A stretch of DNA of 64,000 bases from the IMG/VR virus record IMGVR_UViG_2811995097_000007; one strand, written 5' to 3'. Source of the stretch: an uncultured virus (IMG/VR IMGVR_UViG_2811995097_000007) (Duplodnaviria; Heunggongvirae; Uroviricota; Caudoviricetes). Numbering within the stretch: position 1 is the first letter of the stretch; each line of letters opens with the position of its first letter. Under the pieces are notes generated by a model. That model was given only the letters and a program-made list of their open reading frames with translations. It did no database searches and had not been told where the DNA came from. Shown here in pieces: positions 29,262 to 38,052 of the stretch. The translations under genes and the position numbers were made by a program.

Positions 29262-29511
29262 AACGATTTGCCAGAGAGTCCAGTTTTATTACTCGCTGGT
29301 TGTGTCCCCCAGGGCCGCAATGCGGAGCGTTAATCATCAAAGTCCCTACAAAGGCATGAAGAGCTGATACTCTCGTAAAAGCAGCGTCTCCATGGAACTG
29401 AGGAAGAAGCTCAAGAAGTGAAACCTCTTTTTTTTGCTTTCTAATGCCTATGCTGAGAAAAAGTGCCAGTTGATGCTTTCTTTCCATTCGTGTCTTTTCT
29501 CTTGGAGTCAT
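29161..29511 (-). CDS. Hypothetical early protein
   Basis: ATGA-coupled ORF in the early operon. Confidence 0.55.
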   Translation of the reverse strand: MTPREKTRMERKHQLALFLSIGIRKQKKEVSLLELLPQFHGDAAFTRVSALHAFVGTLMINAPHCGPGGHNQRVIKLDSLANRFVNETLGTITNGEFIPDGTPIGDPIFTASTPRR

Positions 29512-29816
29512 GCCGTCACCTTCTGTTTTGGATTGTCGTTTATGCCCAGGGTTTCTTCGTCCAATGGGATCATGCCGACGGCTTGAATGTATTCATTGCG
29601 GATCTGTTCAGCCTCCTTCAGGGCAAGGGCCATACTACTGACAGGCTTCGTGACGCGAACGCCTCTGAGGCGTCCTGCAACTTTAAGGTCCAAACCTTCA
29701 ATGACTGAGACAGTGTCTACCGGACCATTTATGAGGAACCGGAGAAGATCATCTTTGTCAGGGAAGTCGTGGAGCCAAGCTTTTTGCTTTGGATTCAATT
29801 CGTATTTGTCCATCAC
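29508..29816 (-). CDS. Hypothetical early protein
   Basis: Coupled ORF in the early operon. Confidence 0.6.
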   Translation of the reverse strand: MMDKYELNPKQKAWLHDFPDKDDLLRFLINGPVDTVSVIEGLDLKVAGRLRGVRVTKPVSSMALALKEAEQIRNEYIQAVGMIPLDEETLGINDNPKQKVTA

Positions 29817-30313
29817 TCCCCCTTGCTCTTTTCCTCGACCAGCTCTCTTTCCAGCGCTCCCAGGTCGGCCATTAACTCGATGGCCTTGGTCATGACTTCG
29901 CCGACTTCTTTTTTCATTTTTCGGGTTTCACCCAGATCGATTTCCCCGTCTTCGACTGCTTCCTGACCCTTTTGCCCAACGTCGCCGACTTCGGCGAAGA
30001 GTTCGCCGATCCGGGCGAAGAGGTTTTGGCAGTTGAGCGATGTGTATTGAATCGGGGCTTTGCCCTGGAGCACATTCATCTGAATCCACTGAATGATGAT
30101 AGTGTTGCCGACAGTGATGCAGAACTTGGGAAGTTCATCAAAAGAGGGGAAGTAGCGGCCAGTCGCAAAGACTCGTCGGGTTTTGTCTTGTCTCCAATTC
30201 ATTCGATCCATGAACTGTTTTTGGGTGAGACCTGAGAGAGCGAACGCCTGCTTGAAGGCGTCCGAAGGGTCCATGCCAGCTAGACTTTTTGTGTCAAAAA
30301 TTTCGTGTTCCAT
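29813..30313 (-). CDS. Phage regulatory protein, CII family
   Basis: After cro; E.GDV....EAVEDGEID..E...KE motif of 186/P2-type CII. Confidence 0.7.
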   Translation of the reverse strand: MEHEIFDTKSLAGMDPSDAFKQAFALSGLTQKQFMDRMNWRQDKTRRVFATGRYFPSFDELPKFCITVGNTIIIQWIQMNVLQGKAPIQYTSLNCQNLFARIGELFAEVGDVGQKGQEAVEDGEIDLGETRKMKKEVGEVMTKAIELMADLGALERELVEEKSKGE

Positions 30314-30365
30314 TGTATTTCTCCTCCGTCTGGAAATACGTTGATTGCGGGGATCTCCCCACGTG

Positions 30366-30575
30366 CTAGGACTTAGACTCGCTCTCGTACAAATCGGGTC
30401 GCAGACTTTTGACCGGGATCATTAGTTTTGCGTGATAACGGGCTACAGCAGCTTCCGGGACGACCATTGCTTTACAGTGTCTCATGACGGTGGCGCGGTC
30501 TTTTCCGACCATGCGCGCCAGGTCTGCGTAGCTGAGCTGATACCTCTGCCGATATTGTTCGAGTGCGTTTTCCAT
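30366..30575 (-). CDS. Cro/Cox-like HTH protein
   Basis: LSYADLARMVGKDRATVMRH, LRPDLY; divergent from the repressor. Confidence 0.8.
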   Translation of the reverse strand: MENALEQYRQRYQLSYADLARMVGKDRATVMRHCKAMVVPEAAVARYHAKLMIPVKSLRPDLYESESKS

Positions 30576-30583
30576 GACTACTT

Positions 30584-30601
30584 TGTTGCATTAGCACAAC
30601 A
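30584..30601. promoter_or_regulatory. Operator TGTTG-N8-CAACA (copy 1)
   Basis: Palindrome between cro and cI; same motif at 31209. Confidence 0.6.
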
Positions 30602-30647
30602 ATAAAGTCAACACAAAATTAAGCGCCAAGTTAACGAGAGGGGGTAT

Positions 30648-31166
30648 ATGTCCGAAAGCATGGATAGTTTTAAAATCAACGAACGCGCTTGGTTTCTTAT
30701 CCTTTCAAAGGTGAACGCATTGCTGGAGAAGGGAGAGACGCAGTCTTCTATTGCCCGGATTATTGGCTGCGACCGTGCTACCGTTAACCGTTGGATTCAA
30801 GACCGTAGAGGCGGGGAACGCACAACCTTCAGGGATATGATTCGATATCTGGATAGGCTGCGGATACCCTTGCATGAAGTCTTTGATGTAAGCGAAGGCG
30901 AGCTGCCTCCGCCTTCACCAGACCGAACCCCTACGGAGTTGGATAAGTCGATCGCTTCAACCTTGGTGATAGTTGCCAAGGCAGTAGGCAAAGGGACTGC
31001 GGATATTGCACGGGAACTGGAGTTGTTGGATCTGCCTGATATTCAAGCCATGCTGAAGGGTCGCGCAACTATGAGAACAAGCGACTTCTCCAAAATTTGC
31101 AAGGCTATTGGTGTGGACCCTGGCGTCATCCTGAAGCGAGCGGAGTCTCTCCAGTCTGACGATTAA
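30648..31166 (+). CDS. CI-like repressor with two XRE-type HTH regions
   Basis: TQSSIARIIGCDRATVNRWI; second HTH-like segment near the C-terminus. Confidence 0.75.
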   Translation: MSESMDSFKINERAWFLILSKVNALLEKGETQSSIARIIGCDRATVNRWIQDRRGGERTTFRDMIRYLDRLRIPLHEVFDVSEGELPPPSPDRTPTELDKSIASTLVIVAKAVGKGTADIARELELLDLPDIQAMLKGRATMRTSDFSKICKAIGVDPGVILKRAESLQSDD

Positions 31167-31208
31167 TTTTTCCTTCTTGGGAAAAGTTAACGTTTTATTG
31201 ACTCAGCT

Positions 31209-31226
31209 TGTTGCAGTGTGGCAACA
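31209..31226. promoter_or_regulatory. Operator TGTTG-N8-CAACA (copy 2)
   Basis: Directly downstream of TTGACT (31198-31203), upstream of xis-int. Confidence 0.6.
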
Positions 31227-31256
31227 CAAGAGCCTTCAAAAAATGAGGGCTCCTAA

Positions 31257-32516
31257 ATGGATCGTTGGTTGAAAATGGGTGCAGCATGCAAGGCTGCGAA
31301 TTGTCATCGGGATACCATGATGAAATGGATTCGCGATGGACATGTCGTTGCCGAGCAGCGCCCTGCAGGAAAGCGTATGGATTGGGTAATCCTGGAACGC
31401 TCTCTGAATAACCCCGCCAACGCTTTTGAAGTCGAAGTCCTCGCTCTCCTTGAGAAGGCGGGGCCATTGGTGGACGTTATGGCTATCAGCAAGAAGCCCT
31501 TCAAGGTCAGTGGAAAGGCCAGCTACTATTACAAGGTGGACAAGCGCCGTCTGTCGCTGGGAACGTCCAACTACTCCAAAGCCTGCCAGTCGCTTGGACG
31601 AATCAAGGACGCCTACATGGCCGGAAAACTCGACCACCTCTTAGGCGAATGTGGCATGACCCTGGGTGAGTTCAAGAAGGAATACGAACCATGGGCAGAG
31701 GAAACCCAACCGACCAAAACCTTCAAAGCTAATATGTTGGCGTTGAAGAAGGTCATAGAGATTGAGGGCGAAAGCCAGCGTCTTGACCGGCTGACCAAGA
31801 AAACCATGGATGAGCTGAAACGTCTGAAGCGCGAAAAGAAAGGGTCGGACGGAAAGCGGAAGCCATTGAAGGCAACAACGATCAACAACTATATCCGCCA
31901 CGCAAAGGCTGTTTTCAATAAGCCGGTGGATTGGGGATACCTGAAGGCCAATCCCTTCAGAGGTGCAAAGGAACTCCCAAAGGGCAAGCGGGTGGAATAC
32001 CTTAACCCTGACCAGGTCAAAAGCTTTATCAATGGGATCAAGGATATTGACGTTCGTCGCTTTGTTGCAGCGTGCCTAGCAATTGGTCGTCGCCGGTCGG
32101 AAGTATTTCGGCTGACTTGGGATGATATTTTGTGGGAGGAAAACAAGTATTACATCGCCAAAGAGAAACGACACTTATGCAAAACCTACCCCATGAATGA
32201 TCTTTTCAAAGCCGTGCTGAAGTCCATGCCCAAAGGCAAAGGGCGGATCTTCAACAGGTGGGCGCATGCGGACACATATACCCATAAAGTCAAATCGGCA
32301 TTGAGGGCGGCAGGTTTCGGCCATCTTAAACTTCACGATCTCCGGCATTCATTCTCTGTTGCTTTCCTTGAAGCCGGTGGCAGTCTCAAAGAATTGCAAG
32401 GCGCACTTGGTCACTCCGAATTCCGCGTCACTGCAGACACGTATGCACACATCACGGACGACGCCCTGGAAACTGCGGTTAACCAGGTTAAGTACGGTCC
32501 GGTCGATTTGTTTTAA
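31257..32516 (+). CDS. int: Tyrosine integrase with an in-frame N-terminal excisionase-like HTH
   Basis: GRRRSE, HDLRHSF, LGHS, TY catalytic motifs; first 74 aa resemble a MerR-type HTH; internal ATG at 31479. Confidence 0.92.
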   Translation: MDRWLKMGAACKAANCHRDTMMKWIRDGHVVAEQRPAGKRMDWVILERSLNNPANAFEVEVLALLEKAGPLVDVMAISKKPFKVSGKASYYYKVDKRRLSLGTSNYSKACQSLGRIKDAYMAGKLDHLLGECGMTLGEFKKEYEPWAEETQPTKTFKANMLALKKVIEIEGESQRLDRLTKKTMDELKRLKREKKGSDGKRKPLKATTINNYIRHAKAVFNKPVDWGYLKANPFRGAKELPKGKRVEYLNPDQVKSFINGIKDIDVRRFVAACLAIGRRRSEVFRLTWDDILWEENKYYIAKEKRHLCKTYPMNDLFKAVLKSMPKGKGRIFNRWAHADTYTHKVKSALRAAGFGHLKLHDLRHSFSVAFLEAGGSLKELQGALGHSEFRVTADTYAHITDDALETAVNQVKYGPVDLF

Positions 32517-32527
32517 TCCAAAAAAAG

Positions 32528-32592
32528 AGGGACCTCGGAGGGACCCGATAGGGACCCCGACTATCGGTCGAGGGACCCCAGCTGGGGTCCCT
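32528..32592. repeat. AGGGACC repeats, candidate integrase arm-type sites
   Basis: Direct copies at 32528, 32539, 32550, 32571 and an inverted copy at 32586. Confidence 0.6.
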
Positions 32593-32674
32593 CTGCCCCT
32601 ATTTTCGATAGTTTTAGTAGGTATAAAAAAAGGCTGACAATGGGTGGAAACCCTTGTCAGCCCTTGATTTACCG

Positions 32675-32725
32675 TGGAGCCAGAAATCGGAGTTGAACCG
32701 ACGGCCTACTGATTACGAATCAGTT
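32675..32725 (-). tRNA. 3' fragment of tRNA-Thr(CGT), att-site duplication
   Basis: Minus strand AACTGATTCGTAATCAGTAGGCCGTCGGTTCAACTCCGATTTCTGGCTCCA: anticodon arm, T arm and CCA present; D arm and 5' acceptor strand absent. Confidence 0.88.
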
Positions 32726-32878
32726 TTAATCTGTATGCTTTTTCAGTGTTTTGTAGTTTTATTCAATTAAATTAGGTTGTTTATTGTGTTTACTGTTGTT
32801 TATATTTTCTTAATACAGCTATATTTTTATATTAAGTGTCCCAAAAATGTCCCTTGTTACTAGGTCGGGATCAGAGTT

Positions 32879-32918
32879 GTATAAGTGCATAAGTGTATAA
32901 GTGTGATACTGCATAAGT
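32879..32918 (+). repeat. Five tandem 8-mers (GYATAAGT consensus) upstream of xis
   Basis: gtataagt gcataagt gtataagt gtgatact gcataagt. Confidence 0.6.
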
Positions 32919-32998
32919 TCATACTTTTCAAATGTTTGTTGACAATAATTACGAAAGAGGAGATATGTTTAAACAAAACCACATCTGAGGAGAAAAGC

Positions 32999-33253
32999 AT
33001 GAAAATTTTGGACCGTATTGAAACTTCAAAGCGCTTGGGTATGACGCCAGCCGCTTTGAGTTGTCATGTCAGTCGAAGAGGATGGGAAACCGGAGCCATA
33101 CCTATGCCCGTTAAAATCGGTAATCGCTGGAAATGGATAGACGAGAAGGTAACGGAGTTTATTCAAGAAAAGTGGGAGGAGGGGCAATCTTCAACATCAA
33201 ATAAAAAACGCGGCCCAGGGCGGCCACGTAAAACTAGGAGTATGACGTGCTGA
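32999..33253 (+). CDS. AlpA/excisionase-like HTH protein with AT-hook
   Basis: TSKRLGMTPAAL...IPMPVKIGNRWKW; C-terminal RGPGRPRK; GAGGAG RBS. Confidence 0.8.
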   Translation: MKILDRIETSKRLGMTPAALSCHVSRRGWETGAIPMPVKIGNRWKWIDEKVTEFIQEKWEEGQSSTSNKKRGPGRPRKTRSMTC

Positions 33254-33443
33254 TTAGGAAAAATGAAGGGAACTGTTCGTAGCGCCGGCAAGCATTAGCG
33301 AACAGTCCCCCTGGCACTTCCCGCTCGAAAGCGGAAGAGATCCTTATTTTCCCCTAAACATCTGGAAAATTCAAGATGTGATTTCTCGCATCTGATCCTC
33401 CGCATCGAGTGGTTACCTTAAACCGTTTCGATACGGAGGCACT

Positions 33444-34910
33444 TTGCGTCTCACACATGCCCAATACGACCCAGTGCATCATGCCCTGGGTGACATCCCT
33501 AGTCCTTTCCGCGATGCTGCCATGGCAGCTTTCAAGGAGCTATCTACAACTCTTATCCTGAACAATGGTGGACAGCTTTCGACCCACTCTCTGGACAGCA
33601 ATAATTTTGAGCCTGTCCACCAGTTGGCGAGCTTCCCGGTGGATTTCTCTTCATTCGATCAAAAAGAACGTCCTTGGGCTAAACGAGATTGGCTGCTTTC
33701 GGAGCTCCGAGAGTTGCGTTTGCAAGGCGTCAAGTGGCTCACTCTATCCCCTGAAAACATTTGGCTATGGCGTAGAGCATTCAGGCAGGCGGTTCGAAAA
33801 AACGAAGAGGTTGAAAACAGTGCTCATAATTCTTTTAGAGAGTTCAATTTTTCATCATGCGGAGCCGCTAAGTCTTGGGGATGGGAAGTGAGTTATGCTG
33901 ATGGTGATAGACGTTTATCAGCGTTTTCATGCGGAGAAACGGCATGTCCTGGCTGTTATGACAGAGACAAGGCACGAACTGCCCGCCGTTACCTCGACAG
34001 AATAAGTGCAGCGGCTTCCGCCCAAAAGATGGATCGGTTCTGGTCTTTCGTAATTACTCTGCCAGAGCAATACGAAGCAGACGTCCCAAAAGGATCAGAG
34101 AAGCGAAGACGCCTATTGCATGAGATCAAGAAGTTTGAACGCAAATTGTTTGGCTTCAAAACTGAAGATGGTCTTTTTGCTTTTGCTAGTGTTCATGCTG
34201 TTGGCGATTCCAATCTGATGCGTGACCGTTTTCATGTTCACAGCGGGGTGCTTCCTATTGCTGTTCGACGCATTAATAAACAGCCACAGATTATTAAGAG
34301 CCAAATCCAGGGAAAGATTGATGTTAAAGCGGCCCGCGAAGAACTAGCAAAGCACCTTAGAAGGGTTTTTCCTAGTATCGACAAAGAATCAATCCAGTTT
34401 AATGCAAAGTTCTATTCATTGAAAACTGAAAAGGACATTCGAAAGCTAGCTCATCGGCTAAAGTATGACCTTCGAGGGTTTGGCAAAGACATCGAAAAAT
34501 CGCCCATTTTCTTTGATCCCCAAAGTGGTCTGGCTGTTCTCAACGGCGGTAAAGATGACTACGGGGTTTATACCATATCTCAAGTTGCTTGGCGCTGGCG
34601 TTGGATTCGCAATCAGCGCGATCTCCGTTCATGGGGATTGCTCAACCAATGGAACAAATATGCTGAGCTACTTGGCGTTGAATTTGTAGAAGATCCTGAG
34701 CCAGAAGTAACAGATGAAACTCCTGTAACAGTCATACGTTCTTACGGCAGAGAGTGGGACAAAAAACGTGCACAAGTCAAATGGGTGGATATCAAAGTAG
34801 CATTTCGTGAGTCGGGCGAAGAAATCGAAAACATCGAATGGGGCCGAAAGGGATCTGAAGGCAACTGGAGGCCAATCTCTAAAACAAATAACCTAGGAGG
34901 AACAGGATGA
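33444..34910 (+). CDS. HUH-family rolling-circle Rep-like protein
   Basis: Cys cluster SCGETACPGC, motif I FVITLP, HUH RFHVHSG, candidate catalytic LKYDLR; GGAGG RBS before the TTG start. Confidence 0.7.
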   Translation: MRLTHAQYDPVHHALGDIPSPFRDAAMAAFKELSTTLILNNGGQLSTHSLDSNNFEPVHQLASFPVDFSSFDQKERPWAKRDWLLSELRELRLQGVKWLTLSPENIWLWRRAFRQAVRKNEEVENSAHNSFREFNFSSCGAAKSWGWEVSYADGDRRLSAFSCGETACPGCYDRDKARTARRYLDRISAAASAQKMDRFWSFVITLPEQYEADVPKGSEKRRRLLHEIKKFERKLFGFKTEDGLFAFASVHAVGDSNLMRDRFHVHSGVLPIAVRRINKQPQIIKSQIQGKIDVKAAREELAKHLRRVFPSIDKESIQFNAKFYSLKTEKDIRKLAHRLKYDLRGFGKDIEKSPIFFDPQSGLAVLNGGKDDYGVYTISQVAWRWRWIRNQRDLRSWGLLNQWNKYAELLGVEFVEDPEPEVTDETPVTVIRSYGREWDKKRAQVKWVDIKVAFRESGEEIENIEWGRKGSEGNWRPISKTNNLGGTG

Positions 34911-35758
34911 AAGAGACTTTCTTGATCACCATTTTGTTGATCCTCTTAGTGTTATATTTACCTCATTCGGTTTACGCGCTTGGCGTATCCGACCCCACTA
35001 GTCATATTTATTTAGCCGAACAAGTTTCTCAGCTGACTGAACAGCTCGAACAAATGGAAGCGCAGTTGAATGAAGCGGTAAAGGCAAATGAGACACTTAC
35101 CAAATCGTATGAAGCTGTGACCAGCACATATACGAAGTTCAATGGTGTCTATGACGACATCATGAAGACCAAAGCGTTTCTCAACGATTCCTACAATACG
35201 GTCTTGAACCAGTATGGCCATTACAAGGACCTATACGAGGAACTAGCCGATCCTGACAAAGGGGACATTGAAACCATCAAGGGGCTGCTTGAGGGCGTTT
35301 TCAGCGACCCTCGGACGATGTCCTCAGAGGAACGGCGTAAACAGGCAGAGCAAGCCTATCAGGTCCAGCAAGAAGCCTTGAAGAAAGCCATTGAGGATGG
35401 TGAACACACTTTGAACACCATGCCTGAAAGGGCTGAAAAACTGAAAGAGCTTGGTACAAAGGTAGGAAAGACTGCCGACACGAAAGAATCCCAAGCTCTC
35501 ACTAACACCCTCCTTCTGGAAATCTTGGAGGTTCTCCAGGAGCAGTTGGCTCTTACCCTTCGCTTTCAGCAAGCAATGGCTCTTCAGAGCTACTCTGGAA
35601 TAACCGAAGATAGCATCAAAATAAGGGCCGACGCCCTTAAGCATGTTGTTCTGCGAAAGGATGTCATTGGTAAGGAGCTTGCGAATTTACGACAAGCTGG
35701 AATGACCGACATGACGGATATCAAGTCACTCATCCATAACAATCTTGATCTCAAGTGA
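34907..35758 (+). CDS. VirB5/TrbJ-like T4SS protein
   Basis: Signal peptide, VSDP motif, long coiled coil, position before lipoprotein and VirB6. Confidence 0.7.
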   Translation: MKETFLITILLILLVLYLPHSVYALGVSDPTSHIYLAEQVSQLTEQLEQMEAQLNEAVKANETLTKSYEAVTSTYTKFNGVYDDIMKTKAFLNDSYNTVLNQYGHYKDLYEELADPDKGDIETIKGLLEGVFSDPRTMSSEERRKQAEQAYQVQQEALKKAIEDGEHTLNTMPERAEKLKELGTKVGKTADTKESQALTNTLLLEILEVLQEQLALTLRFQQAMALQSYSGITEDSIKIRADALKHVVLRKDVIGKELANLRQAGMTDMTDIKSLIHNNLDLK

Positions 35759-35765
35759 GGATTCA

Positions 35766-35999
35766 ATGCGACGCATCATAGTTTTGGTTTCTCTATTGTT
35801 TGCTTGCGCCTGCGTGCAGGAAGAAAGCGAGGTTTTAGTTCATCGTTCAAAGGAAGATCGCCAAGCTATTCATCAAGAAACGTTGAAGAACGAGAAAGAA
35901 GCGCTAGAGAGCATTGGTATCGATACCTCCAAGCCTGTGAACATCAAAGAGATGATGGAGAAGGCGCGAGAAGCATCAGCCAACAATAGAGGGGAGTAG
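35766..35999 (+). CDS. Small lipoprotein, putative entry exclusion (TrbK/Eex-like)
   Basis: MRRIIVLVSLLFAC lipobox-like signal; lies between virB5-like and virB6-like genes. Confidence 0.6.
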   Translation: MRRIIVLVSLLFACACVQEESEVLVHRSKEDRQAIHQETLKNEKEALESIGIDTSKPVNIKEMMEKAREASANNRGE

Positions 36000-36001
36000 A
36001 C

Positions 36002-37060
36002 ATGGAAGAATATGGAATATCTGCGGCAATATTTAACAATTTGCTTTTGATGAACACACAGTACATCGAGTCGATTTATAGCGATTTGATGAGATCATTC
36101 GGTGTATTCTTTAGGGCTATTTTCATTCTGTATACCGTATACATCGGATACAGTTGGTTTAATGCCAAAAGCCAAGTTTCAGTCTATGATCTTCTGATTT
36201 CATACCTCATCGTTGCAGGTGTTTATTCCTGTGTATTGGAACTATCATGGTTCTATGATGTTGTTATCGAGACAGCTATTGATCTGACATTGGACACTTC
36301 TTCATTCTTTATTTCTGCAACAAACAAACTGCCGTTTGGAGAATCAGCAAGCAACATTCACGAACTCTTTAAATATCTGGATGCAACAATCCTGGATTTT
36401 TACGGAGCGCTGGAGAATCTGGCTCCTAAAGGGAACTGGATAACCAATGCATGGCGATACGTCTGTTTTGCCTTGGCTATGCTACCTCTTTTTATGGTGT
36501 TTCTGGCAATGTATGCGGCATTTTTTGTTGTCTTCGGGATGGCTTTTTTTTCGATGTTCATTTTCTTCATCGTAGGTGGAATATGCATGCTGTTCGCGGC
36601 ATTTCCTGAGACACGTCATATTTTCTACACGTGGCTTCGAGGGCTTTTGAACTACATGCTGCTAGCCATGTTTGCATCTGTGATTATGGGCATATGTGGA
36701 AAGGGGATTAGCGAAGCCGTTGTAATGTTTGCCTCTCAAGTAGATACAGTTTCAGTTTACGTTTCGGACGCCTATCTCAAAATCCTCATTTGGTGTGCAT
36801 TTTGCCTAGCGATGATCCTCAAAGCCCCTGATTTTGCAGCTCACATGACGGGAACCATGGCTGGTTCAACAACCGGTATCGCTGGTGCAATGTCAGCAGG
36901 GGCTTCTGCCTTGGGTGGTGGCCTCTTTGCTGGCGGAAAGCTGGCCGGGGCAGCCACAGGCAAAGGCGCATGGGAAGCGGGCAAGTGGGGAGCTTCTGCA
37001 ATGGGTAGTGTGGGCCAAAGTGCTCTGCAGAGGCTAAAAGAATTACGCAACGCTAAATAG
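36002..37060 (+). CDS. VirB6/TrbL-like T4SS membrane protein
   Basis: Polytopic; F..TR.IF..W...LLNY, P.FAA..TG motifs; Gly/Ala-rich tail. Confidence 0.85.
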   Translation: MEEYGISAAIFNNLLLMNTQYIESIYSDLMRSFGVFFRAIFILYTVYIGYSWFNAKSQVSVYDLLISYLIVAGVYSCVLELSWFYDVVIETAIDLTLDTSSFFISATNKLPFGESASNIHELFKYLDATILDFYGALENLAPKGNWITNAWRYVCFALAMLPLFMVFLAMYAAFFVVFGMAFFSMFIFFIVGGICMLFAAFPETRHIFYTWLRGLLNYMLLAMFASVIMGICGKGISEAVVMFASQVDTVSVYVSDAYLKILIWCAFCLAMILKAPDFAAHMTGTMAGSTTGIAGAMSAGASALGGGLFAGGKLAGAATGKGAWEAGKWGASAMGSVGQSALQRLKELRNAK

Positions 37061-37069
37061 GAGGACAGC

Positions 37070-37273
37070 ATGAATGGGCAAGTGAAGGGCGTCTCGAAAG
37101 ACGAATTAGAAAAGAGACGCCAGGAACTCTGTGTGTGGAAGAAAAGATTCATTGAACGTCTAGCCAAAAAGCCATGGCCATCAAGACGTGACAGACGGGA
37201 GTTCAGTGCTCTTCGGCGGGCGATTAACTGTTACTGCAAACAGTCGGTAATATGCAAAGATGATCCTTCCTGA
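37070..37273 (+). CDS. Small basic hypothetical protein
   Basis: GGAGGA RBS; ends directly before the GGGACAC array. Confidence 0.55.
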   Translation: MNGQVKGVSKDELEKRRQELCVWKKRFIERLAKKPWPSRRDRREFSALRRAINCYCKQSVICKDDPS

Positions 37274-37282
37274 AAGCGAGGG

Positions 37283-37396
37283 GGGACACCACGCTCAATG
37301 GTGGGGACACCTGCGGTTAGGGCAGGGACACATCATAAATACCCAGGGGACACCTTGTTTTTTGTCAGGGACACATATGGCTTGGGCAAGGGACAC
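37283..37396 (+). repeat. Six GGGACAC direct repeats at 21-22 bp period
   Basis: Copies at 37283, 37304, 37325, 37347, 37368, 37390 with unrelated spacers. Confidence 0.9.
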
Positions 37397-37546
37397 CTTT
37401 TGTAAAAAATAGCCAGGTTTAGATATGGTTTTTCTTAAAAAGGTAATTATAACAGACGATTAGCATCAGTCTAAGAGGGATGGGGAAAGCGAAAAAGGCT
37501 GTGGAGTTGTGTTTTATATGCTTTACACACAGCCTTTTTCTTTGTG

Positions 37547-37575
37547 GCAGGATACGCACTTTTTAATAAAAGTGC
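37547..37575 (-). promoter_or_regulatory. oriT (RP4/MOBP-type nic site)
   Basis: Minus strand GTATCCTG^C matches the YATCCTG^Y nic consensus; adjacent inverted repeat GCACTTTT..AAAAGTGC; upstream of mobC. Confidence 0.75.
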
Positions 37576-37698
37576 TATTTGCTACCGCAAATCCTGACTT
37601 GTCAGCCGACAAGGGATGGGGGTGGCCCCCCTCACTGCCAAGGGCAGTTCACCCGCTTAGACCTTCCCTAAAGGGTCCCGGTTTGGAGGAATAAAAAG

Positions 37699-38052
37699 AT
37701 GACCAAGAAGCCGATTCTTACCTTTCAGGTGGAAGCAGAAGAAGAGGAAGCGATTAATCGCTACTTGAAAAAAAATGGAACCCCAAAGCGATCACCCTTT
37801 TTGAGGGAGGCTGTATTTGCATGGATCAACAGCGACCAACCGGAACTTAGAAAAGAAATCCACGAAGACTTAGAAGCATGGCGAAAGGAGTTCCACGGCG
37901 TTGGTTCCAATTTGAACCAAGTTGCCTACCGCATGAATGCAGATCACCCGCTTTCGTCGAAGCAGATCATCGAGACACTGGAGGAGCTCCAGGATCAGTT
38001 TGATAGATTGGCCACCAAGTTTTTGGAGTTAAGAAATGATCTCAAATTATGA
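37699..38052 (+). CDS. mobC: Relaxosome accessory protein MobC
   Basis: RHH N-terminus (RSPFLREA), VGSNLNQVAYRMN. Confidence 0.9.
   Translation: MTKKPILTFQVEAEEEEAINRYLKKNGTPKRSPFLREAVFAWINSDQPELRKEIHEDLEAWRKEFHGVGSNLNQVAYRMNADHPLSSKQIIETLEELQDQFDRLATKFLELRNDLKL

Larger units (their letters stand above)
361..32670. mobile_element. P2/HP1/K139-like prophage (left boundary probably outside the window)
   Basis: Divergent P-Q / O-N-M-L head operons, ogr, HP1-type tail genes, cII-cro-cI-int next to a tRNA att fragment. Confidence 0.93.

Noticed and set aside
31236..31637. Minus-strand ORFs overlapping int
   Set aside because: They are antisense to a well-supported integrase gene and have no recognisable motif.
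32675..32725. Functional tRNA-Thr gene
   Set aside because: The D arm and 5' acceptor strand are missing; the sequence becomes AT-rich after 32725.
37283..37396. GGGACAC array as a CRISPR or guide-RNA array
   Set aside because: The repeat is 7 nt, the spacers are 14-15 nt, there is no palindrome and no cas gene; the helical phasing fits protein binding sites.
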